DNA from: Actinophytocola sp.
GTDB lineage: Bacteria; Actinomycetota; Actinomycetes; Mycobacteriales; Pseudonocardiaceae
Reading direction: 5' to 3'
DNA length: 64,000 nt
NCBI GenBank assembly: GCA_009377385.1
Contig: WHUD01000009.1
Location: forward strand, 1,345 to 65,344
Shown here: positions 1 through 9,527 of the stretch, in pieces
Position numbering within the stretch: position 1 is the first letter of the stretch
Layout of the letters: every line of letters starts with the position of its first letter
The notes under the pieces: generated by a model
Told to the model about the DNA's origin: nothing
Databases searched by the model: none
Seen by the model: only the letters and a program-made list of their open reading frames with translations
Made by a program: the position numbers and the translations under genes

Positions 1-905
1 GTCAGGGCGGCAGCCAAGAAGAGGAAGCGGCGCTGGATACGCCAACGTACAAGATCGCCATGATCACACACGCCGAGCCGGGTGACACCTTCTGGGACAT
101 CATCCGCAAGGGTGCGGACGCCGCGGCGCAGAAGAGCAACATCGACCTTCAGTACTCGTCCAGCCCCGACGCGGCCAAGCAGGCGACGCTGGTGGACAAC
201 GCCATCGACCAGGGCGTCGACGGTATCGCGCTCACGCTGGCCACGCCGGACGCGATGAAGGGTGTCGTCAAGCGCGCCAACAACGCTGGCATCCCGGTCA
301 TCGCCTTCAACTCCGGCATCGACGACTGGAAGGACGTCGGGGCGATGTCGTACTACGGCACGGACGAAACCATCGCCGGAACCGCGTTCGGGAAACGGCT
401 CAATGAGGAGGGCGCCAAGCACGCGCTCTGCGTGGTCCAGTCGCAGGGCCAGGTCGCGCTGGAGACCCGCTGCCAGGCGTTGAAGGACTCCTTCGACGGC
501 AAGACCACCAAGCTGTACGTCAATGGTGAAGACATGACGTCGGTGCAGTCGACGCTGCAGGCGAAGCTGCAGTCCGACTCAAGCATCGATTACGTCGCCA
601 CACTCGGCGCTCCGTACGCGCTGACCGCACTCGACTCGATCAAGAGCGCGGGCAGCAAGGCGGAGGTCGCGACCTTCGACACCAACGAGCAACTGGTGAG
701 CAAGATCGAGGACGGCTCGGTGGAGTTCGCGGTCGACCAGCAGCCGTACCTGCAGGGCTACCTGTCCATCGACGCCTTCTGGCTGTACCTGTCCAACGGC
801 AACTTCGCGGGCGGTGGCAAGGAGCCGGTCCTGACCGGTCCCGCGTTCATCGACAGGAGCAACATCGACGACATCGCCAAGTACGCCCAGAAGGGAACAC
901 GGTGA
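1..905 (+). CDS. Sugar (probably inositol) ABC transporter substrate-binding protein, 5' end outside window
   Basis: Frame is open from position 3 (QGGSQEEEAALDTPTYKIAMITH...). Periplasmic-binding motifs GDTFW, GIPVIAFNSG and DQQPYLQGY; followed by permease, ATPase and iol genes. Confidence 0.9.
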   Translation, partial: QGGSQEEEAALDTPTYKIAMITHAEPGDTFWDIIRKGADAAAQKSNIDLQYSSSPDAAKQATLVDNAIDQGVDGIALTLATPDAMKGVVKRANNAGIPVIAFNSGIDDWKDVGAMSYYGTDETIAGTAFGKRLNEEGAKHALCVVQSQGQVALETRCQALKDSFDGKTTKLYVNGEDMTSVQSTLQAKLQSDSSIDYVATLGAPYALTALDSIKSAGSKAEVATFDTNEQLVSKIEDGSVEFAVDQQPYLQGYLSIDAFWLYLSNGNFAGGGKEPVLTGPAFIDRSNIDDIAKYAQKGTR

Positions 906-911
906 TCAACC

Positions 912-1997
912 ATGGCGACGCAGACTCCTCCCCGTGAGTCAGAGACGCCCAGCCCCTCGCCGTCACCGATGACGGCGGGGGGCGACCCCGCCCGTATCAC
1001 GAAGCGTTCGTTGGGTCGGCGGTTCGTCACCCGGCCTGAGGTGGGGTCGTTGGTTGGCGCGATCGCGGTGTTCGCGCTGTTCTTCGCGGTGGCGATGCCG
1101 TTCCGTGAGTTGGATTCGTTGTCGACGGTGCTGTACGCCAGCTCGACCATCGGCATCATGGCCGTCGGGGTGTCGCTGCTGATGATCGGCGGCGAGTTCG
1201 ACCTCTCCGCCGGTGTCGGTGTCATCACGTCGGCGTTGGCAGCGGGCATGTTCGCCTACGAGCTATCGCTGAACGTGTGGGTCGGCGCCGGGTTGGCGCT
1301 GATGTTGTCGCTGGGCATCGGGTTCCTCAACGGTTACATGGTGGTCAAGACCAAACTGCCCAGCTTCCTGATCACCCTGAGTATGTTCCTGATGCTGCAG
1401 GGACTGAACCTGGCGGTGACGCGAACGGTTACCGGCAGTGTCGCCAGCCCGCCGATCTCGGACATGGACGGCTTCGCCTCGGCGCAGAAGGTGTTCTCCT
1501 CCACGTTCACCGTCGGCGGGGTCAGCGTGCAGCTCACGGTCCTGTGGTGGATCCTGTTCGTCGCGCTGGCCACCTGGGTGCTGCTGCGCACCAAGGTGGG
1601 CAACTGGATCTACGCCGCGGGCGGGAACGCCGACGCGGCCCGCGCGGTGGGGGTGCCGGTGAACTACACCAAGATCGGGTTGTTCATGACGGTCGGGTTC
1701 ATGGCCTGGTTCGTCGGCATGCACAATCTGTTCCGCTTCAACACGGTCCAGTCTGGTGAGGGCGTCGGCCAGGAGCTGATCTACATCGCCGCGGCGGTGA
1801 TTGGTGGCTGCGCCCTGATGGGTGGCTGGGGCACCGCGATCGGTGCCGCGATCGGCGCGTTGATCCTGGGGATGGCCCAGCAGGGTGTGGTCTACGCGGG
1901 CTGGAACCCGGATCTGTTCATGTTCTTCATTGGCGCCACGCTGCTCATCGCGGTGGTGCTCAACCTATGGGTGCGCACGCGCGCCCACCGGAGGTGA
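912..1997 (+). CDS. Sugar ABC transporter permease (RbsC/BPD_transp_2 type)
   Basis: Many TM segments; [26 protein letters not shown] and AAAVIGG motifs. Confidence 0.92.
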   Translation: MATQTPPRESETPSPSPSPMTAGGDPARITKRSLGRRFVTRPEVGSLVGAIAVFALFFAVAMPFRELDSLSTVLYASSTIGIMAVGVSLLMIGGEFDLSAGVGVITSALAAGMFAYELSLNVWVGAGLALMLSLGIGFLNGYMVVKTKLPSFLITLSMFLMLQGLNLAVTRTVTGSVASPPISDMDGFASAQKVFSSTFTVGGVSVQLTVLWWILFVALATWVLLRTKVGNWIYAAGGNADAARAVGVPVNYTKIGLFMTVGFMAWFVGMHNLFRFNTVQSGEGVGQELIYIAAAVIGGCALMGGWGTAIGAAIGALILGMAQQGVVYAGWNPDLFMFFIGATLLIAVVLNLWVRTRAHRR

Positions 1998-2002
1998 CCC
2001 TC

Positions 2003-2844
<842 letters not shown>

Positions 2845-2848
<4 letters not shown>

Positions 2849-2877
2849 GGACTGCTCGCAGGTCCGAATCATCGGGC
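2845..2877 (+). repeat. 33-bp start-codon repeat element, copy 1
   Basis: ATGAGGACTGCTCGCAGGTCCGAATCATCGGGC; 32/33 identical to 13417-13449(-) and 30/33 to 39118-39150(+). Confidence 0.9.
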
Positions 2878-3885
2878 GCCAGCCTCCATATTGGAGTCAT
2901 TGGGACCGGGTGGATCGGTCAGGACCACATCCGCAGGATCACCGAGCGGGTGGTCGGCGCGCGGGTGGTCGCGGTGACCGACATTGACCCGGAACGCGCC
3001 AAGCAGGTCGCGTCCGATGTGGACGCTCGGGCGCTGTCGACGGGGCAGGAGGTGATCGACGACCCCGATGTGGACGCCGTCGTCGTCACCTCGTGGGGTC
3101 CGACGCACGCGGAGTACGTGCTCGCGGCCATCGCGGCTGGCAAGTATGTGTTCTGCGAGAAACCGCTCGCCACGACGGCGGAGGACTGCCTGCGCATCGT
3201 CGAGGCCGAGCAGGCGCACGGGCGCAGGCTGGTGCAGGTCGGCTTCATGCGCCGCTACGACGCGGGATACCGGCAGCTCAAGCAGGTCATCGACGCCGGG
3301 GACATCGGCACGCCGTTGCTGATGCACTGCGCGCACCGCAACCCGACCGTGCCGGAGGGCTACCACTCGGCGATGGCGGCGCAGGACACCGCGATCCATG
3401 AGATCGACACCGTCCGGTGGCTGCTTGACGACGAGATCGTCAGCGCCCAGGTGCTCACGCCGCGCTCGACGTCGCAGAGGTTCGAGCACCTGGTCGACCC
3501 GCAGGTCATGCTGTTCGAGATGGCCCGTGGCACGAGGATCGACCTCGAGGTGTTCGTGAACTGCCAGTACGGCTACGACATCCGCTGCGAGACGGTCGGC
3601 GAGACCGGCACCGTCAGCCTCCCGGATCCGGCGCAGGTATGGCTGCGCAGCGCAGGGCAGGTGCGCACCGGCGTGTACCAGGACTGGAAGGACCGCTTCG
3701 CCGAGGCGTTCGACGTCGAGCTGGCGGAGTGGGTGCAGGCGGTCAAGGATGGCGCGCTGACCGGCCCGAGCGCGTGGGACGGCTACGCCGCTGCGGTGAT
3801 CAGTGACGCGACCGTCGAGTCGCTGCAGACCGGGCGGGTGGTCAACACGCAGCTCAAGGACCGCCCCGAGTTCTACGCGGCGTAA
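2845..3885 (+). CDS. iolG: myo-inositol 2-dehydrogenase (Gfo/Idh/MocA family)
   Basis: GVIGTGWIG Rossmann motif, [29 protein letters not shown]; lies in inositol cluster. First 11 codons come from a 33-bp repeat. Confidence 0.85.
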
Positions 3886-3896
3886 GGAGGCAATTC

Positions 3897-4760
3897 ATGG
3901 TGAAGATCGCACTCGACCCCGCGATGTATCACGCGGACCTGTCGGTGGCCGACGAGGTCCGCAAGGCCGCCGAGCTGGGCTACGAGCACCTGGAGCTCTC
4001 GCCGCGCGCGGACTTCTTCTTCTGGCACAAGTACCCGAAGGCGGACGACGCCGCGATCGCCGAGGTCAAGCGGGCGATGAAGGAAACAGGCGTCAGCGTG
4101 GTGTCGCTGGTGCCGGTGTTCAACTGGGCGTCGCCCGACGAGCAGGAGCGGCAGGCGCAGGTGCGCAACTGGCGGCGGCTGCTCGAGATCGCCGCCGAGC
4201 TGGAGTGCCCGATCGTGAACTCGGAGCTGTCCGGGGACCCGAACGACCCGTTGCGCTCGGAGCACGCCTTCTACAAGTCGATGGAGGAGCTGATCCCGGT
4301 CTTCGAGTCGTACGGGATCGGGCTCAACCTCGAGGCGCACCCGTACGACTTCGCCGAGCTGAACGATGAAGCGGTGCACATCGTGCGCGGCATCAACAAG
4401 TCGTGGGTGAACTACCTGTACTGCGGCCCGCACACATTCCATCTCTCCGACGGGGCCGGCGACGTCCGGCGGATGATGTCCTATGCCGGGGATCGGCTGC
4501 GGCACGTGCACATCGCGGACTGCTTCAACCACCGCGCCAACGTCGGCAACCGCTACATCGTCAACCCGCCCGGCGTCGACGCACGCATCCACCAGCACAA
4601 CGAGATCGGCAACGGCGAGGTCGCCTGGGACGAGTTCTTCGCGACGCTGCGCGAGGCGAACTTCGACGGTGTTGCGACGGTATGCGTCTTCGGCTGGGAG
4701 GAAGACGCCGACGACATCCACCGCCGCATGCTGGAGCGGGTGCGCAAGGAGCTGTGCTAG
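3897..4760 (+). CDS. Sugar phosphate isomerase/epimerase (IolH-like, AP endonuclease 2 TIM barrel)
   Basis: KIALDP, LEAHPYDF, HVHIAD, HQHNEIGNGEVAW; strong RBS AAGGAGG; directly downstream of iolG. Confidence 0.82.
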   Translation: MVKIALDPAMYHADLSVADEVRKAAELGYEHLELSPRADFFFWHKYPKADDAAIAEVKRAMKETGVSVVSLVPVFNWASPDEQERQAQVRNWRRLLEIAAELECPIVNSELSGDPNDPLRSEHAFYKSMEELIPVFESYGIGLNLEAHPYDFAELNDEAVHIVRGINKSWVNYLYCGPHTFHLSDGAGDVRRMMSYAGDRLRHVHIADCFNHRANVGNRYIVNPPGVDARIHQHNEIGNGEVAWDEFFATLREANFDGVATVCVFGWEEDADDIHRRMLERVRKELC

Positions 4761-5764
4761 ACCAACACCGGCGCACCGACCCGCACGGGCAGCCCTGACC
4801 GCACCGAGCGCTCGCACGCCTCGGCGAGTTCCAGGCTGAGCAGGCTGTCGCGCGCGGGGGAGGGGTTGTCCACCTCGCCCGCCGCGATGGCGGCGAAGGT
4901 CAGCAGCTCGTGGACGTACGCGGGCCGGTAGCGCTCCTGAAAGCCGCGGTAGGCGTTCGCCCGCGCGCGGGGCCCTCCCTGTTCGAGCGAGGTCAGCGGG
5001 GTACGCGCGTCGAGGCCAACGGCGAGGGTGTCCTTGCTGCCGTACAGCTCGGTCCGGCAGTCGTACCCTGCCGGGTCATGCCGGGACGCCGAGAGCAGGG
5101 CGTGCGCGCCGCTGGCGAACCGCAGCGTCGCCACGACGTTGTCCCAGTCGCCGACCTCGGCGAACGCCTCGTCGACCAGCACCGACCCCGCAGCGTAGAC
5201 CTCGATCACCGGCTCGCCGAGCAGCCACGGGATGACGTCGAGGTCGTGGATCAGGCAGTCGCGGAACAGCCCGCCTGAGCTGGCGATGAACTCCCGCGCG
5301 GGCGGCTCCGCGTCGTTGCACACCGCGCGGACGTGGTAGACGGTGCCGACCTCGCCGGAGCGCAGCCTGCGGTACAGCTCGACGGTGGCCGGGTCGAAAC
5401 GCCGGTGGAACCCGACGACCACCGGCACGCCGGATGCCTCGATCTCCGGGACCAACTCGTGCATCTCGGCGAGGCTCGGCGCGAGCGGCTTCTCGCACAG
5501 CACCGGCGTGCCCGCCGCGATCGCCCTGCGTACCAGGTCAGGGTGGGTGCCGGTCGGGGTGGCGATGAGGAGGCCGTCACCGGACTCGATCAACGCGGTG
5601 AGGTCGTCGGTCGCGGTGACCTTCTCGCCGATGGCGGTGGCGACGTCGCGTGCCCTGCCCGGCGCCGGGTCGTACAGCACGATCTCATCGAACTCCTCAA
5701 GGCCAGCGAGGTTGGCGGCGTGCATCGTGCCGATACGTCCTGCTCCCGCGACTGCCATCCGCAT
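4757..5764 (-). CDS. Gfo/Idh/MocA family oxidoreductase (second inositol-type dehydrogenase)
   Basis: GAGRIG, LCEKP, GFHRRFDP, SGGLFRDCLIHD. Start at ATG 5764 with GGAGGGG RBS. Confidence 0.87.
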   Translation of the reverse strand: MRMAVAGAGRIGTMHAANLAGLEEFDEIVLYDPAPGRARDVATAIGEKVTATDDLTALIESGDGLLIATPTGTHPDLVRRAIAAGTPVLCEKPLAPSLAEMHELVPEIEASGVPVVVGFHRRFDPATVELYRRLRSGEVGTVYHVRAVCNDAEPPAREFIASSGGLFRDCLIHDLDVIPWLLGEPVIEVYAAGSVLVDEAFAEVGDWDNVVATLRFASGAHALLSASRHDPAGYDCRTELYGSKDTLAVGLDARTPLTSLEQGGPRARANAYRGFQERYRPAYVHELLTFAAIAAGEVDNPSPARDSLLSLELAEACERSVRSGLPVRVGAPVLV

Positions 5765-5783
5765 GGTCGGCCCCTCCCGTGGT

Positions 5784-5812
5784 TTAGAGCGCTCTAATTT
5801 GGAGCGCTCTAA
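5784..5812. promoter_or_regulatory. Tandem LacI-family operator sites
   Basis: Perfect palindrome TTAGAGCGCTCTAA (5784-5797) and one-mismatch copy TTGGAGCGCTCTAA (5799-5812) between the divergent oxidoreductase and LacI genes. CG-centred GAGCGCTC core is typical of LacI operators. Confidence 0.8.
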
Positions 5813-5862
5813 TGGTGTAGCGTTGGCGTCGGCACTGTCAAGACGGCAGCGGGAGGCAGTTC

Positions 5863-6861
5863 GTGGCAAGGCCGACTATGGAGGACGTCGCCGCCAAGGC
5901 AGGTGTATCCCGCGCCCTCGTCTCGCTGGTCATGCGCGGGTCGTCCAAGGTGAGCGAGCATCGCAGGCAGGCCGTGCTGGACGCCGCGGCCGGACTGGGC
6001 TACGCACCGCACGCGATGGCGCGCTCGCTGGCGAGCAGGACGTCGACGCTGCTCGGCGTGCTCGTCTCGGACCTCCACAACCAGTTCTTCGCCGAGATCG
6101 TCGACGGCATCGACGAGGTCGCGCGTACGGAAGGCTTCGAGCTGATCCTCAACACCGGCGGGCTGGACGTCGAGCGCGAGCGGGATGCCGTTGCGCGGCT
6201 GCTGTCGTTCCGGCCAGCGGGACTCGCGCTTCTCGGCGCCGCCGTGCCCACTGACGTGCTCGCGGCCGCGGCGCGGCAGCTCCCCGTCGTCGTGGTCGCC
6301 CGCCCGGCTCGCATCGCGGGGGTCGACACGGTCAACGACGACGGCGGTCTCGGCGCGCGGCTCGCGGTGGATCACCTTGCCGGGCTCGGTCACAGCCGGA
6401 TCACGCACTTCGACGGCGGCAGGACGTCGGAAGCGCGTATCAGGCGCGAGGGGTACGCCGCCGCGATGCGGGCGCACGGCCTGCGGCCGGACGTGATCCG
6501 CAGTGAGTACACCGACGCCGGCGGCGAGAAGGCCGCCACCCGGCTGCTTGAGCGGGGCGCGTCGCTGCCCACCGCCGTCGTGGCGGCCAACGACGTCAAC
6601 GCGGTCGGGGCACTGTCGGTGTTCGCCGACGCCGGGCTCACCGTGCCGGACGACATCTCCGTCGTCGGCTACGACAACACCGCGCTCAGCGGGCTCCGAC
6701 ACGTCGCGCTGACCACCGTGGACCAGCCGCGCGCCGAGATGGGACGTCTTGCCGCGCACACCCTGGTGCACCGCGCCCGAGGTGGGCGAGGCAGGGCGCA
6801 GCGCCGCCTGGTCACGCCGTCGCTCGTCGTCCGGTCGACGACGGCTGTGCCGCGTCGCTGA
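5863..6861 (+). CDS. LacI family transcriptional regulator
   Basis: N-terminal HTH PTMEDVAAKAGVSRALVS, hinge ARSLA, VPDDISVVGYDN, LTTVDQP. Confidence 0.94.
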   Translation: MARPTMEDVAAKAGVSRALVSLVMRGSSKVSEHRRQAVLDAAAGLGYAPHAMARSLASRTSTLLGVLVSDLHNQFFAEIVDGIDEVARTEGFELILNTGGLDVERERDAVARLLSFRPAGLALLGAAVPTDVLAAAARQLPVVVVARPARIAGVDTVNDDGGLGARLAVDHLAGLGHSRITHFDGGRTSEARIRREGYAAAMRAHGLRPDVIRSEYTDAGGEKAATRLLERGASLPTAVVAANDVNAVGALSVFADAGLTVPDDISVVGYDNTALSGLRHVALTTVDQPRAEMGRLAAHTLVHRARGGRGRAQRRLVTPSLVVRSTTAVPRR

Positions 6862-6896
6862 GGGGAGATCAGACGTCTCGACGGTACGGTGATGGC

Positions 6897-7271
6897 ATGA
6901 CTGGCGCGCTGCTCAACGAGGTCGACGTGGACCTGCAGTTGAGTTCTCCGGTGGTCCGCGTTCCCGACCTCGTGATCGCCCGCGACTCGGTGGTGACGGC
7001 GAGGATCGCGACGGCGGCCGATGTCCTGCTCGCCGTCGAGGTGCTTTCGCCCAGCTCGGGCCACATGGATACCGCCATCAAGCCGATGGAGTACGCCGAC
7101 GCGGGCATCCCGAACTACTGGGTCATCGATCCGAATCCGCCGGTCACGGCGACCGTCTACCAGTTGGTCGACGGCGCCTACGAGGAGTCCCAGCGGGCCG
7201 AAGGTCGGTTCACGGTGTCCGAGCCGTGCCCGCTGACCGTCGACCTCGACGCCCTGCGGGTAGGGGCCTGA
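6897..7271 (+). pseudogene. Uma2 family endonuclease, N-terminally truncated (probable internal deletion)
   Basis: C-terminal Uma2 motifs [16 protein letters not shown] and [14 protein letters not shown] are present. Only 124 aa; the usual N-terminal ELxDG...H segment is missing. Confidence 0.65.
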
Positions 7272-8020
7272 TGGCGGAGTTGCCCGTCGCTGTGGTCACC
7301 GGCGCCGGATCCGGTCTTGGCCGCCACATCACCCGCGCGCTGGCGGATGCCGGTCATCGCGTCGTCCTCATCGGACGGCGTGCGGATGCGCTACGGGAGA
7401 CGGCGGCGGGCATCCCGACGGAGCGCGCCCTCGTGCTGCCCTCGGATGTCACCGACCCCGCCGCCGTTGCCGCGATCTTCGACGCGGTGGTGGAGAAGTG
7501 GGGGAGGGTCGACGTCCTGGTCAACAATGCGGGGACGTTCGGGCCAGCCGGTGGCGTCGACGAGGTCTCGCCGGAGCAGTGGCAGCAGGTCGTCGACGTC
7601 AACCTCACCGGCGCGTTCCTGTGCGCGCACAACGCGGTGCGGGTGATGAAGGCACAGGATCCGCAGGGCGGGCGGATCATCAACAACGGGTCGATCTCCG
7701 CGCACACGCCCAGGCCCGGCAGCGTCGCGTACACCGCGACCAAGCACGCCATCACCGGGCTGACGAAGTCGATCTCCCTTGACGGCAGGGAGTACGGCAT
7801 CGCGTGTGGACAGATCGACATCGGCAACGCTGCCACGGAGATGACCAGCGGGATCGCGACCGGGGCGCGTCAAGCCGACGGGAGCGTGAAGCCCGAGCCG
7901 ACGTTCGACGCCGAGCATGCCGCCCGCGCCGTGGTCTACATGGCGACCCTGCCGCCGGAGGCGAATGTCCAGTTCCTGACGCTCACCGCGACCACGATGC
8001 CCTACATCGGGCGGGGGTAG
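7271..8020 (+). CDS. SDR family oxidoreductase
   Basis: [12 protein letters not shown], catalytic YTATK; TGATG overlap with upstream ORF. Confidence 0.92.
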   Translation: MAELPVAVVTGAGSGLGRHITRALADAGHRVVLIGRRADALRETAAGIPTERALVLPSDVTDPAAVAAIFDAVVEKWGRVDVLVNNAGTFGPAGGVDEVSPEQWQQVVDVNLTGAFLCAHNAVRVMKAQDPQGGRIINNGSISAHTPRPGSVAYTATKHAITGLTKSISLDGREYGIACGQIDIGNAATEMTSGIATGARQADGSVKPEPTFDAEHAARAVVYMATLPPEANVQFLTLTATTMPYIGRG

Positions 8021-8091
8021 GGCATAGCTGCATCTTCGGAGATCAGAGGGTCGACACGCCGTGTCACATCGATTCTCGGAGTCTTGGTCCG

Positions 8092-8544
8092 CTACTCCAT
8101 CAGGCTCGCCGCCAGCGTCGCGCCCAGCTCCCAGCAGGCCTCGAGGTCCGCCTTGGTCGGTTCTCCTGTGACGGTGACCGGCGCCGCCGACGGCTCCCAC
8201 CCCAGTCCGGTCACGATGCGCTCGATGCCGCGCGTGGTGCCGGAGACGTCGCTGCCGCCGTGCACGTAGTAGCTGTACGGCCTGCCCTTCGTCGCGTCGA
8301 GGCACGGGTAGTAGACGTTGTCGAAGAAGAGCTTGAGCGCGCCTGACATGTAGCCGAGGTTGGCCGTGGTGCCGAGCAGGTAGCCGTCTGCGGCGAGCAC
8401 GTCGGACGGCGTCGCGCCCAGCGCGGGCTCGCGCACGACGTCGACGCCCTCGATCTCGTCCGTGGTCGCGCCGTCGACGACGGCCTCGAACATCGCCTGC
8501 ACGTTCGGCGACGGCGTGTGGTGCACGATCAACAGCGTCGGCAT
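8092..8544 (-). CDS. Flavodoxin family protein
   Basis: LLIVHHTPSP, ADGYLLGTTANLGYMSGALKLFFD, ACWELGA. Confidence 0.85.
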   Translation of the reverse strand: MPTLLIVHHTPSPNVQAMFEAVVDGATTDEIEGVDVVREPALGATPSDVLAADGYLLGTTANLGYMSGALKLFFDNVYYPCLDATKGRPYSYYVHGGSDVSGTTRGIERIVTGLGWEPSAAPVTVTGEPTKADLEACWELGATLAASLME

Positions 8545-8581
8545 GGTCACCAGGGTGCCACCCCGGTCGTTACCGTGAGGC

Positions 8582-9466
8582 ATGCCGCAGCCGCGAGAGC
8601 TCACCGTCGAACTGCCCGCGTTGACCGTCTCCGCGCTGGCGTGGGGGCCGGCGGACGGACCGCTGGCGCTGTGCCTGCACGGCTTCCCGGACACCGCGTG
8701 GACCTGGCGTCATCTCGGCCCGGTGCTCGCCGAGCGTGGCTGGCGCGTGGTCGCGCCGTTCACCCGGGGCTACGCGCCGACAGGACCAGCACCGGACGGC
8801 GACTATCGGGTGGGCGCGCTGATCACCGACGCGCTCGACCTGGGCCGTGCCCTCGGCGCGGACGACCGTGCGGTGCTCGTCGGTCACGACTGGGGCGCGC
8901 TGACCGCCTATGGAATGACGGCGCACGAACCAGCGATGTTCAGCCGAGTCGTCGCCATGGCCGTACCGCCGATCGCCGCCATTTCCGACACTGCCCGCGC
9001 GAACTGGCGCGTCGCGGGCTCGCAGGTCCTACGCAGCTGGTACACGATATTCAACCAGGTTCCCGCCGTGCCGGAACGGGTCTTCGACCCATTCGTGCGG
9101 CTGCTGTGGCGGCGCTGGTCGCCCGGCTACGACGCCGCCGACGATCTCGCGCGGCTGGCCGATGCGATGCCCGATCGCGCGCACCGGAAGGCCGCGCTGA
9201 CGTACTACCGGCACACGCTACGGCCGCGTGGCACGTCGCGCCGCTACGACGACGCCCACCGCGCCTGGCTCAGCCCGCCCAAGGCGCCGACGCTCTACCT
9301 GCACGGTGCGGACGACGGCTGCATGAGCCCCGGCTTCGCCGAACACGCGGCGCGCCAGCTCCCCGAGAGCAGCGAGGTCGACGTCGTCGCCCATGGAGGG
9401 CACTTCCTACACCTGGAGCAACCGGACCTGGTGAACGCCCGGATCGCGAAGTTTGTCGCGGCGTGA
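8582..9466 (+). CDS. Alpha/beta fold hydrolase (epoxide hydrolase-like)
   Basis: LHGFPD, RGY, GHDWG nucleophile motif, GHFLHLEQP. Confidence 0.9.
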   Translation: MPQPRELTVELPALTVSALAWGPADGPLALCLHGFPDTAWTWRHLGPVLAERGWRVVAPFTRGYAPTGPAPDGDYRVGALITDALDLGRALGADDRAVLVGHDWGALTAYGMTAHEPAMFSRVVAMAVPPIAAISDTARANWRVAGSQVLRSWYTIFNQVPAVPERVFDPFVRLLWRRWSPGYDAADDLARLADAMPDRAHRKAALTYYRHTLRPRGTSRRYDDAHRAWLSPPKAPTLYLHGADDGCMSPGFAEHAARQLPESSEVDVVAHGGHFLHLEQPDLVNARIAKFVAA

Positions 9467-9469
9467 AAA

Positions 9470-9522
9470 CGGCCGAGGGCCACCTTGGGTGCCATAACGA
9501 CACCCAAGGCGCCCCTCGGCCG
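9470..9522. repeat. REP-like imperfect palindrome / bidirectional terminator
   Basis: CGGCCGAGGGCCACCTTGGGTG-ccataacga-CACCCAAGGCGCCCCTCGGCCG between convergent genes. Confidence 0.75.
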
Positions 9523-9527
9523 AACCC

